In this document: positions 39,701 through 49,311 of the stretch, piece after piece
Layout: every line of letters starts with the position of its first letter
Position numbering within the stretch: position 1 is the stretch's first letter
Program-made: the position numbers and the translations under genes
Source of the DNA: Lewinellaceae bacterium
GTDB taxonomy: Bacteria > Bacteroidota > Bacteroidia > Chitinophagales > Saprospiraceae
Reading direction: 5' to 3'
NCBI GenBank assembly: GCA_016716135.1
Contig: JADJWX010000028.1
Span: 160,487-224,486 of the forward strand
DNA length: 64,000 nucleotides
Notes under the pieces: model-generated
The model's database searches: none
Seen by the model: only the letters and a program-made list of their open reading frames with translations
What the model was told of the DNA's origin: nothing

Positions 39701-40254
39701 GGGTTGAGGTTGCGGAGGTTGTACCATTCGTCGGTGCGTTTCCAGGTATCGCCGAGGTGTTTTGTGGCGGGGTGATCTTGTGTCTTCACGTCGATTTTCG
39801 CTTCCTGAATCGCCGGGTGATCCACAAAATAAGCCCCGACCAACTCACCATACCAGCCCCAGCCGTATTCGGTATCGGTGGCCGAATGGATGCCTACAAA
39901 GCCGCCGCCGGCCTGGATGTAACGTTCAAACGCGACCTCCTGCTCGGGATTCAAAACGTCGCCTGTTGTGCTCAAAAAAACAACGGCTGCATACCGGCAT
40001 AGGTTTTTTTCATTAAAATCATCGGCGTTTTCGGTCGAATCCATCAGCATGCCGTTTTCCTGGCACAGCTTGCGGAGGGCTGCCACACCGGCCGGAATAC
40101 TCGCATGGCGGTAGGCCGCTGTTTTTGAAAATACCAGAATGCGCGGCGGCAGGTCGTCGGTATGGCATTTGGCCGAGAATAAAAAGATCGCCAGGAGGAG
40201 GAACTGGCCAAACCGGCAAAAGCTGTCCTTGCTTACACTGTTCAGATTTTTCAT
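36731..40254 (-). CDS. Secreted multidomain fusion of ThuA-like domain, PQQ/SGDH-type sugar dehydrogenase beta-propeller, PKD-like domain, c-type cytochrome and a C-terminal beta-sandwich. It has an apparent 1-nt frameshift at 39420-39422.
   Basis: The N-terminus is signal plus ThuA (RILVFSKTAAYRHASIPAG...VGIHSATDT). The two ORFs join as ...RFIKTVLAE|NLNEPMEFDMFPDGKILLIERRG if one A is added to an A3 run. The haem site is CNSCHAV. PKD-like HRLFYEINFGDGS is also present. Confidence 0.8.
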
Positions 40255-40283
40255 GAATTTTACTCGAAGAAAATTTAGTTCAA

Positions 40284-41174
40284 ATGCACATACTGTTTGT
40301 TTCCTGGCTGGCCCTCCTGGGTTTCGACAATTTCAGTAGCCCTACTCCGGCAGTACCGGAGCTGGTCCTGATCCCGGACGGTTCGTATTCCCGGGGAAAT
40401 AGTGGTGGTGACGCCGACGAAAAACCGGTCCGGCGGGTTAGGGTGAGCGCTTTTTACATTGGAAAAACAGAAATCACGCTGGCGCAATTTCAGGAATTTA
40501 TTCAAACCACCGGTTATCAAACCGATGCCGAACGCGGCGAAGGCAGCTATTGTTGGGGCCCGCTGGGTTGGAACAAAAAATCCGGCATCTGCTGGCGGCA
40601 TGATGAAAAAGGCCTGCAACGGCCATCTACAGCTGGCGACTATCCGGTATTGCACGTCAGCTGGCGCGATGCCGCCCGGTATTGCAATTGGCTGAGCGCC
40701 AGACAAAATTTTCAATCTGCCTATCAATTTGAGGGTGATTCCATCACCTTCGACCCCGCCGCCAACGGCTACCGCCTGCCCACAGAAGCCGAGTGGGAAT
40801 ACGCTGCAAATGCCGGAGGTCCGTTCCCGTATGCTGGCAGTGAAAACCTGACGGAAACAGGCTGGTATGCCGGCAATGCCCAAAAAGGCGCACATCCGGT
40901 CGGGCAAAAAGCGGCCAATGCCTTCGGTTTGTTCGATTGCTCGGGCAATGTTTGGGAATGGTGCCAGGATTGGTACTCGGCCACGGCCTATGCCACGACT
41001 GCCGACACGCTGAATCCGGCAGGGCCACGCACCGGCGCCGCCCGTGTGGTGCGTGGCGGCTCCTGGAGCAACAATCCGGCCCACTGCCGGGTAAGCAACC
41101 GAAGCAGCCGTTTCCCGGATGCGCGCGATTGCAACCTGGGGTTCCGGGTGGCGCGCGGCGGGAAAGCGCACTAA
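40284..41174 (+). CDS. Formylglycine-generating enzyme (SUMF1/FGE-sulfatase domain) family protein
   Basis: It contains VSAFYIGKTEITLAQFQEF, YRLPTEAEWEYAA, FGLFDCSGNVWEWCQDWY and RVVRGGSW...GFRVAR. Confidence 0.85.
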   Translation: MHILFVSWLALLGFDNFSSPTPAVPELVLIPDGSYSRGNSGGDADEKPVRRVRVSAFYIGKTEITLAQFQEFIQTTGYQTDAERGEGSYCWGPLGWNKKSGICWRHDEKGLQRPSTAGDYPVLHVSWRDAARYCNWLSARQNFQSAYQFEGDSITFDPAANGYRLPTEAEWEYAANAGGPFPYAGSENLTETGWYAGNAQKGAHPVGQKAANAFGLFDCSGNVWEWCQDWYSATAYATTADTLNPAGPRTGAARVVRGGSWSNNPAHCRVSNRSSRFPDARDCNLGFRVARGGKAH

Positions 41175-41179
41175 AAAAA

Positions 41180-41210
41180 CGGCGGTTACAGCAAAATGCT
41201 GCAACCGCCG
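41180..41210. terminator. Hairpin terminator between the convergent FGE and susD genes
   Basis: CGGCGGTTACAGCaaaatGCTGCAACCGCCG has a 13-bp stem with one mismatch. It is preceded by A7 on the + strand, which is a T-run for the - strand transcript. Confidence 0.6.
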
Positions 41211-41213
41211 AAA

Positions 41214-41378
41214 TTAAGTACTGTGACAAGATTATTCAAACCATTTGTGACCGCCCCTTTTGGCGCTGTTCAGCGTTGCTCACTCCTAAAAGACCTCAGG
41301 TATTCACGTCGTTCGCGCCTTGATCAACGCCAAAATTGCCTGGTCAAAATGATTCAATAATCTTGTCACAGTACTTAG
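41214..41378. repeat. 165-bp imperfect palindromic element (MITE-like) with ~37-nt terminal inverted repeats
   Basis: aagtactgtgacaagattattcaaaccatttgtgacc (41216-41252) pairs with ggtcaaaatgattcaataatcttgtcacagtactt (41342-41376). The inner arms ttttggcgctgttcagcg and cgccttgatcaacgccaaaa also pair. Confidence 0.7.
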
Positions 41379-41401
41379 TTTACACAAAAAAATAGTTCAA
41401 C

Positions 41402-42991
41402 CTAGTAGCCGGGGTTCTGCTGAGCTGCGAGCACCGGGTTGGTGTTCAGCTCCGAAACCGGGATCGGCCACACGAAACGGTAGTCGTCGTACGGGACAGC
41501 CGGCAAGCCCAGGGTGCCGGTGTAGTTGCCGTTGGCGTCGTAATTGAGTCCGGGTTCCCAGCTGGCGAAAGTAGTCTGGTTGTAGAGCACTTTTGCGGGG
41601 ATGCCACCGGTCGAAAAGTCCGGATCGTTGGCCAGGCGGTGGATGTCGGCCCAGCGGCGGCCTTCTGCGAGCAATTCGATCCGGCGTTCGTTCAGCACGG
41701 CTTGCAGCATGGCTTTGGCGTCGGCAAAAGTGCCGGCCGTGTACTGCTTGGCAGGATCGGTCACGGCACGGTTGCGCACCATGTTGAGCAGCGGAAGCGC
41801 CGCGTTCATATCTGGGGAACCCACACGGAGATGGGCCTCGGCTACGTTCAGCAGCACTTCGGCATAGCGAATGATCGGGTTCCAGTCGTCCTGCGTCGTG
41901 ATGTTGCGGTATTTATGGCTGAAATACGCGCGGCCGTTGTGTTTGTTCACCTGCGTACGGCGCAGGTCGTCGGCATCCCAATATGGTGCGTTGAAAATGA
42001 TCGGGCTGACGGCGACCAGGGCACGACCCGGCGACACCGAGTACATCACCGGCAAAGCGCCGTTTACACCACTATTGTCCACACTCGAATTTTCGATGGA
42101 AAAAATCGACTCGGTATTGGAGGTGTAGTTGGCAAAGGGTCCTTCCGGTGTAGCCGTCAGGCTGTAGGGGCTACCGCTGGGTAATTTATTCCCCTCGGCG
42201 ATGACATCGCTCCAACGACCCATGTGCTGATAGATGCGGGTTTTCAGTGCAATGGCAGCCCCCGAAGTTGCCCGGCTGATGTTGAGCGTACCGGCGCGGG
42301 AAGCAGGCAGGTTTTGTTCGGCAAAATTCAGGTCTTCAATCAGCAGGTCGTAACATTCCTTAACCGAATTGCGCCCTTGGCCTTGCGCCGCATCTTTTGC
42401 TGCTGCGGTGTTGACCGCTCTGGTGCGATAGGGCACGCCGAGGTGCGATGCATCGCCCGTGTGGTTGTACGGCCGGGCAAAATGTACCAGCAACTCGTGG
42501 TGTGCCAGCGCACGCAAAAAGCGCGCTTCACCTTCATAGCCTTTTGCTTGTGCGTCGGTCAGAATACCGGCCGCCTGAGCGCCTTGTACACCTTCAATGA
42601 CGATGTTGGCTTTGTTGATCAGGCCATAAAGTGTTTCCCAGTGGTAGACGTTGTTCGCCGTAGTCGGGTTATAGGTAGAACCATAGGTAATGGCATAAAA
42701 TGTGGCCACATTGAGCATGTCCTCGCCACGGTTGTCGCCTTGCTCCACATTAGCTGCGCCAAATGGATAGCCACGTACCGCAGTGCCGATATAAAAGCCG
42801 CTTTGTGCCGCATCATATGCCCCTACCATGGAAAGTTCGCAACGCTCGGGCGTAGAGAAAGCCGCCGTTTCGGTGATGCGGTCAAACGGTTGCAGGTCGG
42901 TCACATCCTTGTCGCAGGAACTTGCAACTGCGCTCAGGACAAAAGCCGCCGCAATCGAACGTATGAATAGTTTTGAATTCGTATTCTTCAT
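41402..42991 (-). CDS. susD: SusD/RagB family nutrient-binding outer-membrane lipoprotein
   Basis: The lipoprotein signal is ...SAVASSC. The length is 529 aa, and the gene lies immediately downstream of a SusC-type receptor. The ending WPIPVSELNTNPVLAAQQNPGY is typical of the family. Confidence 0.85.
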   Translation of the reverse strand: MKNTNSKLFIRSIAAAFVLSAVASSCDKDVTDLQPFDRITETAAFSTPERCELSMVGAYDAAQSGFYIGTAVRGYPFGAANVEQGDNRGEDMLNVATFYAITYGSTYNPTTANNVYHWETLYGLINKANIVIEGVQGAQAAGILTDAQAKGYEGEARFLRALAHHELLVHFARPYNHTGDASHLGVPYRTRAVNTAAAKDAAQGQGRNSVKECYDLLIEDLNFAEQNLPASRAGTLNISRATSGAAIALKTRIYQHMGRWSDVIAEGNKLPSGSPYSLTATPEGPFANYTSNTESIFSIENSSVDNSGVNGALPVMYSVSPGRALVAVSPIIFNAPYWDADDLRRTQVNKHNGRAYFSHKYRNITTQDDWNPIIRYAEVLLNVAEAHLRVGSPDMNAALPLLNMVRNRAVTDPAKQYTAGTFADAKAMLQAVLNERRIELLAEGRRWADIHRLANDPDFSTGGIPAKVLYNQTTFASWEPGLNYDANGNYTGTLGLPAVPYDDYRFVWPIPVSELNTNPVLAAQQNPGY

Positions 42992-43011
42992 TGTTTAAGC
43001 GTTTTTTTTGT

Positions 43012-46000
43012 TTAGAAACCTAGGTTCGCGCCAACGGTAAACACCTGCTGTTGCGGGTTGCCGTTGAAATCAACACCAAATCCGTTAGTGTTGGTTTCCG
43101 GATCAAGTCCCGAATAGCCGGTGATCGTGAGCATGTTTTGTGCCTGGACGAAAATCCGCAACGATTCGATGTTTGCGCGGCGGGTGAGCGACTTGGGCAT
43201 GGTGTACCCGATGGCTACGTTTGCCAGGCGCAGGAAGTCGCCTTTTTCCACCCAACGGGTCGACGCCACACTCGGGTTGTTGACGGTGTTGCTGGAGTTC
43301 AGGCGCAGTTTTGGTGTTTGGCCGTCGCCCGGATTTTCCGGACTTTGCCAGCGGCCCAAAATATCCGTGCCATTGTTGTTGAACGCTTGTTCCATCAGGT
43401 CAACACGTGTACGGTTCATGATCATATTGCCGCCGGAAAAACGCAGGAATACATTCAGGTCAAAAGCGCCGAGGTAGAAATTGTTGTCAAAGCCACCAAA
43501 CCATTTCGGGAGCGCAGAACCAAGCACACGCCGGTCGGTCGAAGTAGAAAGCGTGGCAGCTGCGCCGGTTGCGCCGGGTTCGGCCGGGTTGAACACGGTG
43601 TATGCACCCGAGACAATGTTTTGCTGTACCAGGGTGCCGTCGGCTTTCTGATATACCGGGTTTCCGTTGGCCGGATTGACACCGTAGTAGTCGAAACCGT
43701 AAATGGCGTTGATCGATTCGCCTGCCCGGATAATGTTGTAGTCGCCGGTGATATCCTGATCGGTGCCGTCATTATTTTTTACCAGCGACAATACTTCATT
43801 GTTTTGCGTCGTGAAGTTCACACTGGTATTCCAGCGGAAATTTCCACTGCGGAGCACCAGGGCATCTATGGTGAATTCGATACCATCACCCCGCATATTG
43901 CCGATGTTGGTGAAAATACGATTGCTGGGAATGCCCAACGAAGGCGCGGTTGGGGCGCTCAGGATGATCTGGTCGTTGTCTTGACGCCAATAGGCAAACG
44001 ACGCGTTGATCCGGCCGTCGAACAAACCGAAGTCAATCCCGACGTCCAGTTTTTTCTGAGCTTCCCACTGCAGGCCATCGTTTCCGAAGTTGTTGTAGGT
44101 GATGCCGTTTTGCAAGCCGTATGGCGCAGAACCATAGGAGCCGATGTAGGGATAATTGCCGATGCGTACGTTGCCTACCTCGGCATAAGAGCCGCGCAAG
44201 CGGAGGTCGGAGATCACGTTGGCCAGGCTTCCGCCCCAAAAACCTTCTTCCGAAATACGCCAGGCAAACGAAGCACCCGGAAAGTAACCCTCGCGGTTGG
44301 CTTCAGCCAGCGACGACAAGGCATCGCGACGAATGGATGCGCTGATGTAGTATTTGCGGGCGAAGTTGTAGTTCACACGACCGAGGTAGGAAGCAATACC
44401 GTTTTCCCCGATACCGCCAAAGATTTCCTGGTTGGCATAGGTGCCGGTAACAATGTTTTCCTGGAAAAAGCGGTCGGAAAGATCAGACACCTGCGTCTGG
44501 TAAAACGTGTTGCGCTCTTTTTGATATTCCTGCAAAACCGTCAGGTCGAGGTTGTGTTTTTCCCCAAACTGGTGGCTGTACGTCAACAGGTTCTGCCAGT
44601 TCCAGCGCAGGGAAGGCGAAAAGGCCTGTGAAATCCGGCCATTGGCAGAAAAGCCATCGCCGTGGCGCGGGTCCTGGAAGAGGTAGTCGTCTACGTAGTT
44701 GCCGTCGATACCGATCTGGGTGCGGAAAGTCAGGCCTTTCAACAGCCCGATTTCGGCGTATACGTTGCCCAGCAGGCGGGTGTTGTCGGATCGGCGTTTG
44801 TCGTTGTCGAGCACGAAACGCTGGTTGGGAATACCGTTGGCGATCTCAATGCGGTTGTTGCCGCGGCCCAGGGTACGCGGGTTGATTTCGTCGATATTGT
44901 AGCCTGTCGGATCATTCGGATCATACACCGGGACATTCGGCATCATACGCATAACGGAGAAGGTGTTCCCCGAAAGGTTGTTGGACCCGGTAAGGGGGCC
45001 CAGGTTTTCCTGTCGGGTGACGCCGCTGGAAAAGCCGAGTTTGAGCCATTTGTTCACAGTCTGGTCGATATTGGCGCGGAAGGAGTAGCGCCGCAGGCTG
45101 TTGCCCACCGAGATGCCTTCCTGGTCAGAATAGCCCAGGGAGAAGTAATAATTCGTAAAATCAGTGCCGCCGGAAACCGAGAAAACATGGCTGTGCTGCA
45201 TGGCGTTGCGGAACACGGCATCCTGCCAGTCGGTATTGACCACGTTGCCCTGCGCATCCGTCATCAGGTTGGCAATGGGTACGGTATCACCGGTGTTGAA
45301 ACTCTTTTCATTGTTGATCATTACAAATTGTTCGGCGTCGAGCAAGTCAAACAAGTTGGTAGGGCGCGCCATGCCGATGTACATGTCGTAATTGAATTTC
45401 GGCTTGCCTTTTTTTCCGCGTTTGGTCGTGATGAGCAACACGCCGTTGGCTGCCCGCGAGCCGTAGATGGCCGTAGCGGCGCCGTCTTTCAGAATTTCGT
45501 ACGACTCGATATCGGACGGGTTCAAGTCACCCAAAGCATTTTTCGGTGTAAAACCGCCCTGATTGCCATCGTAAATCGGTACGCCATCAACCACTACCAA
45601 CGGGGCGGTACCGGAAGAGATGGAGTTGACACCGCGGATGCGAATCTGCGGCGGCGCACCCAACAGCCCGCTGGGCGGTGTGACCTGTACCCCTGCTGCG
45701 CGGCCGGCCAGTTGCTGGTCGAAGCTGGGGGTGGCGAGGTTGGCGATGGACTCGCCTTTCACCTGTGAAATTGACCCGGTCACATCGCGTTTCAGCTGTG
45801 TGCCGTAACCAACGACAACCACCTCGTCCAGGTAAGCACTGGAAGGTTGCAGCACGATATTGTACACATCGGAAGTGATCGGAACCTCCTGGGCATCAAA
45901 GCCCGTGTATGAAAACCGGAGTGCTGTGGCGCCATCGGGGACTTGCACACTGAATTTGCCCTCAATGTCGGTGCGGGCGCCGGATGTTGTGCCGAGCACG

Positions 46001-46125
46001 GCGACAGTTGCCCCGATCAGGGCTTCACCGTCGGTGGAGCTTACCGTTCCTGAGACTGTTCGCTGCCCAAGGGCAAAACCGGCGCTCACGCAAAGCAAGG
46101 CCAGTCCTAGTAGGATTTTCTTCAT
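43012..46125 (-). CDS. susC: SusC/RagA family TonB-linked outer-membrane receptor
   Basis: The N-terminal CarboxypepD_reg-like domain is VSGTVSSTDGEALIGATVAVLGTTSGARTDIEGKFSV. The plug region reads GVNSISSGTAPLVVVDGVP. The protein is 1037 aa and ends with an aromatic residue (...GANLGF). Confidence 0.9.
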   Translation of the reverse strand: MKKILLGLALLCVSAGFALGQRTVSGTVSSTDGEALIGATVAVLGTTSGARTDIEGKFSVQVPDGATALRFSYTGFDAQEVPITSDVYNIVLQPSSAYLDEVVVVGYGTQLKRDVTGSISQVKGESIANLATPSFDQQLAGRAAGVQVTPPSGLLGAPPQIRIRGVNSISSGTAPLVVVDGVPIYDGNQGGFTPKNALGDLNPSDIESYEILKDGAATAIYGSRAANGVLLITTKRGKKGKPKFNYDMYIGMARPTNLFDLLDAEQFVMINNEKSFNTGDTVPIANLMTDAQGNVVNTDWQDAVFRNAMQHSHVFSVSGGTDFTNYYFSLGYSDQEGISVGNSLRRYSFRANIDQTVNKWLKLGFSSGVTRQENLGPLTGSNNLSGNTFSVMRMMPNVPVYDPNDPTGYNIDEINPRTLGRGNNRIEIANGIPNQRFVLDNDKRRSDNTRLLGNVYAEIGLLKGLTFRTQIGIDGNYVDDYLFQDPRHGDGFSANGRISQAFSPSLRWNWQNLLTYSHQFGEKHNLDLTVLQEYQKERNTFYQTQVSDLSDRFFQENIVTGTYANQEIFGGIGENGIASYLGRVNYNFARKYYISASIRRDALSSLAEANREGYFPGASFAWRISEEGFWGGSLANVISDLRLRGSYAEVGNVRIGNYPYIGSYGSAPYGLQNGITYNNFGNDGLQWEAQKKLDVGIDFGLFDGRINASFAYWRQDNDQIILSAPTAPSLGIPSNRIFTNIGNMRGDGIEFTIDALVLRSGNFRWNTSVNFTTQNNEVLSLVKNNDGTDQDITGDYNIIRAGESINAIYGFDYYGVNPANGNPVYQKADGTLVQQNIVSGAYTVFNPAEPGATGAAATLSTSTDRRVLGSALPKWFGGFDNNFYLGAFDLNVFLRFSGGNMIMNRTRVDLMEQAFNNNGTDILGRWQSPENPGDGQTPKLRLNSSNTVNNPSVASTRWVEKGDFLRLANVAIGYTMPKSLTRRANIESLRIFVQAQNMLTITGYSGLDPETNTNGFGVDFNGNPQQQVFTVGANLGF

Positions 46126-46227
46126 AAATAAAAAGTTTGATTGGTTAAAAAATGATTATTAAAAAGCTGGTAAAGAAACTCAGGAAACTGAATACCCCGT
46201 ACCTGTCTCCTCCTGCCTTTATTTGCC

Positions 46228-46235
46228 TATTTTTG
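46228..46235 (+). promoter_or_regulatory. Bacteroidota -7 promoter box (TATTTTTG) for the Gfo/Idh/MocA gene
   Basis: It matches TAnnTTTG and ends 13 nt upstream of the ATG at 46249. Confidence 0.4.
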
Positions 46236-46248
46236 TCAAAAGTTTACT

Positions 46249-47238
46249 ATGGCAAAAACCTTCAAATGGGGCATTATCGGGCTTGGACGAATCGCCCGAA
46301 AATTTGCAAGCGATTTAAACATGGTCCCCAATGCCCAATTGCATGCCGTGGCCTCCACTTCTGCCGAACGGGCACGGCAGTTTGCCGATGAGTTCGGAGC
46401 GCCATACGCCTACGGGAATTATGCGGAAATCGTTCAATGCTCCGACCTGGATGTCGTGTACATCGCTACTCCGCATGTGCTCCATGCCGAAAACACCTTG
46501 TTATGCCTGGAGCATGGTATCCCGGTTTTGTGTGAAAAACCCTTCGCCATGAACCGGCAGGAGGCCCTCCGCATGGTCAATGCTTCGCGCCGGAACCGTG
46601 CATTTCTGATGGAAGCGCTTTGGACGCGTTTTATTCCCGCAGTCGACTACGCCCTGGCCCTGATAGCCCAAGGGGAAATCGGGGATGTGCACACCGTCAA
46701 AGCAGACTTTGGTTTCCATATGCCCTTTGATCCGCATTCGCGGGTGTACAACAAAAGCCTGGGTGGTGGCTCGCTACTCGACATCGGTATTTACCCAGCC
46801 TTGCTTTCCTTGTTTGTTTTGGGCAAGCCGCTGCCCGAGCATATTCAGGCTGCGGCCAGTTTTTCTTCCACTGAAGTGGACGAATCCTGTGCATTCATCC
46901 TGGATTATCCGGACAAACGCCTGGCCATCGGGCATTCCTCAATTGTAGCCAATACGCCGGTGGAAGCTAGTATTTATGGCACGGAAGGGACGATCTACCT
47001 CCACCCGCGCTGGCACTTCGCCAAAAAAGTGACGGTTTCGCACTATGAGGGCAACACCGAACTAAAACGCGACATGGAATTCCCGTTCGAGGGCTGGGGC
47101 TACCATTTTGAAGCCGCCCATGTGATGGCGTGCCTGGAGGAAGGCCGGTTGGAAAGCGACCTGGTACCGCTGGATTTTACTTTGGATTTGATGGAAACGC
47201 TGGATGCGATCCGGGAGCGAATCGGACTGGAATATTAG
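46249..47238 (+). CDS. Gfo/Idh/MocA family oxidoreductase
   Basis: FKWGIIGLGRIARKFASDL is the Rossmann motif, and the EKPFAMN motif is present. The protein is 329 aa. Confidence 0.85.
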   Translation: MAKTFKWGIIGLGRIARKFASDLNMVPNAQLHAVASTSAERARQFADEFGAPYAYGNYAEIVQCSDLDVVYIATPHVLHAENTLLCLEHGIPVLCEKPFAMNRQEALRMVNASRRNRAFLMEALWTRFIPAVDYALALIAQGEIGDVHTVKADFGFHMPFDPHSRVYNKSLGGGSLLDIGIYPALLSLFVLGKPLPEHIQAAASFSSTEVDESCAFILDYPDKRLAIGHSSIVANTPVEASIYGTEGTIYLHPRWHFAKKVTVSHYEGNTELKRDMEFPFEGWGYHFEAAHVMACLEEGRLESDLVPLDFTLDLMETLDAIRERIGLEY

Positions 47239-48500
47239 AGTTTGTTCAACAAAAACTGCCGGACCATATTCAGGCCGTGCACGCCGGTCAGCTGGATGTT
47301 TTTCAGCCGGTCGCGTCCGAAAACATGCTTCCGCGCTACGATCCGTTCGCGGTTCCCAACGGCCATCCAAACGGTGCCGACCGGTTTTTCATCCGTACCG
47401 CCGCCCGGGCCGGCAATGCCGGAAACTGCGAGCGCCACATCCGCATGCAATGTTTTCAGCGCCCCGGCAGCCATTTCCCGCACCGTTTCTTCACTGACGG
47501 CGCCAAACTTGATCAGGGTATCGGGCCGCACGCCCAACAGTTTGGTTTTCATTTCGTAGGAATAGCTGACTATGGAGCCCGGAAAGTAATCGGAAGATCC
47601 CGGCACCGATGTGATCATGTGGGCAATGTAGCCGCCCGTACAGCTTTCGGCCGTGCCGAATTGCAGTCGCCGCTCCAGCAGCATTTTGCCCAGCACGCTT
47701 TCCAGGGAGTCGTCTTCAATGCCAAAAACCAGGTCCGGAAGCAAGGCTTTGAGTTCTGCCATTTTTTCATCGAGCAGGGCGTAGAGTGTTTCCCCGTTTG
47801 GAGCGACCGTTCCGGAGTTGTCCGGCGATCCGGTAAGGCGCAACCGCACCTGGCCAAGGCTGGGCAGGTAGGCCAGTTTGATATGCGCGGGCAAGCTGTT
47901 TTCAAAAGATTCGATCCGTTGGGCAATGTTGCTTTCGCCCTCTCCCACCGTTAGCAAGGTTCGGTGCGCGATTATGCTGCCCGGAAAACGCTGCCGCAAC
48001 ATCGGCAACACTTCCTGCTCGAGCAGGTATTGCATTTCAAACGGAACACCCGGAAGTGAAATGTACACCTTCCCGTCTTTTTCAAACCACATGCCGGGTG
48101 CGCTGCCTACCTTATTCGGCAGGATCAGTGCCTCGTCGGGCAGGGTGGCCTGAATCGTAGCCGCAGCCGGCACTGGCCGCCCGATCTTTTTAAAATAGGC
48201 AGCAATCCGGTCATACGTTTCCTGGTGCAGGGTCATGGGCGAGCCAAAATAATCAGCCAGGGTTTCTTTGGTGACATCGTCTTTTGTGGGCCCCAAGCCG
48301 CCCGTCAAAATGACCACATCGGCCTGCCGGGCGCCGTATTCCATACCCTCGATAATTGCTTGGGCGGAATCGGCCACACTGCTTTTTCCTACCACGCGGA
48401 ATCCGCAGAGGGTCAACTGCCGGCTCATCCAGGCAGAATTGGTATCTACTATTTGGCCGATTAGAATTTCATCGCCGATGGTGAGAAGGTACGCCGTCAT
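47235..48500 (-). CDS. cinA: CinA family protein (MoCF-binding domain plus nicotinamide-nucleotide amidase domain)
   Basis: It contains MTAYLLTIGDEILIGQIVDTNSAWMSRQL, ILTGGLGPTKDDVTKE and a C-terminal AESCTGG motif. Confidence 0.85.
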   Translation of the reverse strand: MTAYLLTIGDEILIGQIVDTNSAWMSRQLTLCGFRVVGKSSVADSAQAIIEGMEYGARQADVVILTGGLGPTKDDVTKETLADYFGSPMTLHQETYDRIAAYFKKIGRPVPAAATIQATLPDEALILPNKVGSAPGMWFEKDGKVYISLPGVPFEMQYLLEQEVLPMLRQRFPGSIIAHRTLLTVGEGESNIAQRIESFENSLPAHIKLAYLPSLGQVRLRLTGSPDNSGTVAPNGETLYALLDEKMAELKALLPDLVFGIEDDSLESVLGKMLLERRLQFGTAESCTGGYIAHMITSVPGSSDYFPGSIVSYSYEMKTKLLGVRPDTLIKFGAVSEETVREMAAGALKTLHADVALAVSGIAGPGGGTDEKPVGTVWMAVGNRERIVARKHVFGRDRLKNIQLTGVHGLNMVRQFLLNKL

Positions 48501-48647
48501 GGTTGTGTTTGGATTGCGAAAAAACCAATTGCAAACAAATAGTTTTTATTTAAAAGAAATTAAAACACAAAGTGCGTTATTTTTGCTGCAGGATTCATGC
48601 TTGGCCCGGATCCGATTTTCAAAAATGAAAACGCCGCAAGCGGGTTT

Positions 48648-49109
48648 ATGAAAAAGTCAACGGCAAACATCCAACCACTGCCGGTACCGCAGTTCGACGA
48701 ATTTGGCTTCGTTGAGCCGGCCACTCCGGCGCCGATGGAACCGCATATTCCAATGCGTGAGCAGTTTCCGCCTGCAGGTTCCGACTACATGGGCGGCCGG
48801 AGCGACGGCTGGGAATACCGCAGCGTTTTTGCCGGCACAAAGTTGGCATCCACTTACGAGATGGTGAAACAGTTTCTGCGCGAAGAAGGTTACGGCAATG
48901 TCCCGATTCCGGAAACAGTAGAAGAATTACGGCTGTTCAGGCGGCCGCGCAACCGGCAGTTGCAGCTGTTTGCAGAACAAGGGTACAGCCACAATCCGGT
49001 CCGGATTTTATTCCCTCCGGCCGGTCCGGAACGCAACGCCCTGATTTTATGCCTGTACAACGAACAGGCCGAGGGCCATTTATTGCGGTTTCACGGTGTC
49101 TTGAAATGA
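48648..49109 (+). CDS. Hypothetical protein
   Basis: The ORF is 153 aa from MKKSTANIQP, or 170 aa from 48597. I recognise no motif. Codon composition is similar to the neighbours, and a hairpin at 49139-49167 follows. Confidence 0.4.
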   Translation: MKKSTANIQPLPVPQFDEFGFVEPATPAPMEPHIPMREQFPPAGSDYMGGRSDGWEYRSVFAGTKLASTYEMVKQFLREEGYGNVPIPETVEELRLFRRPRNRQLQLFAEQGYSHNPVRILFPPAGPERNALILCLYNEQAEGHLLRFHGVLK

Positions 49110-49311
49110 ACGGAAGCGCTACCGTTTGAAAAAGTTAACGCCGGGTCGTGTCGTTACACGCCCGGCGCTAAACCAAACCCTTACTGTGTTTATTTGCTTG
49201 GGTACTTTACGGGTGATCTATGCTTTAGGTTTTCGGTAAGACGGCACACTTTGCAGTGCCTTTCTTGTATAGACGTTTGCTTACGCCCGGAGGTTGGGTT
49301 CGCCCCTGTAT

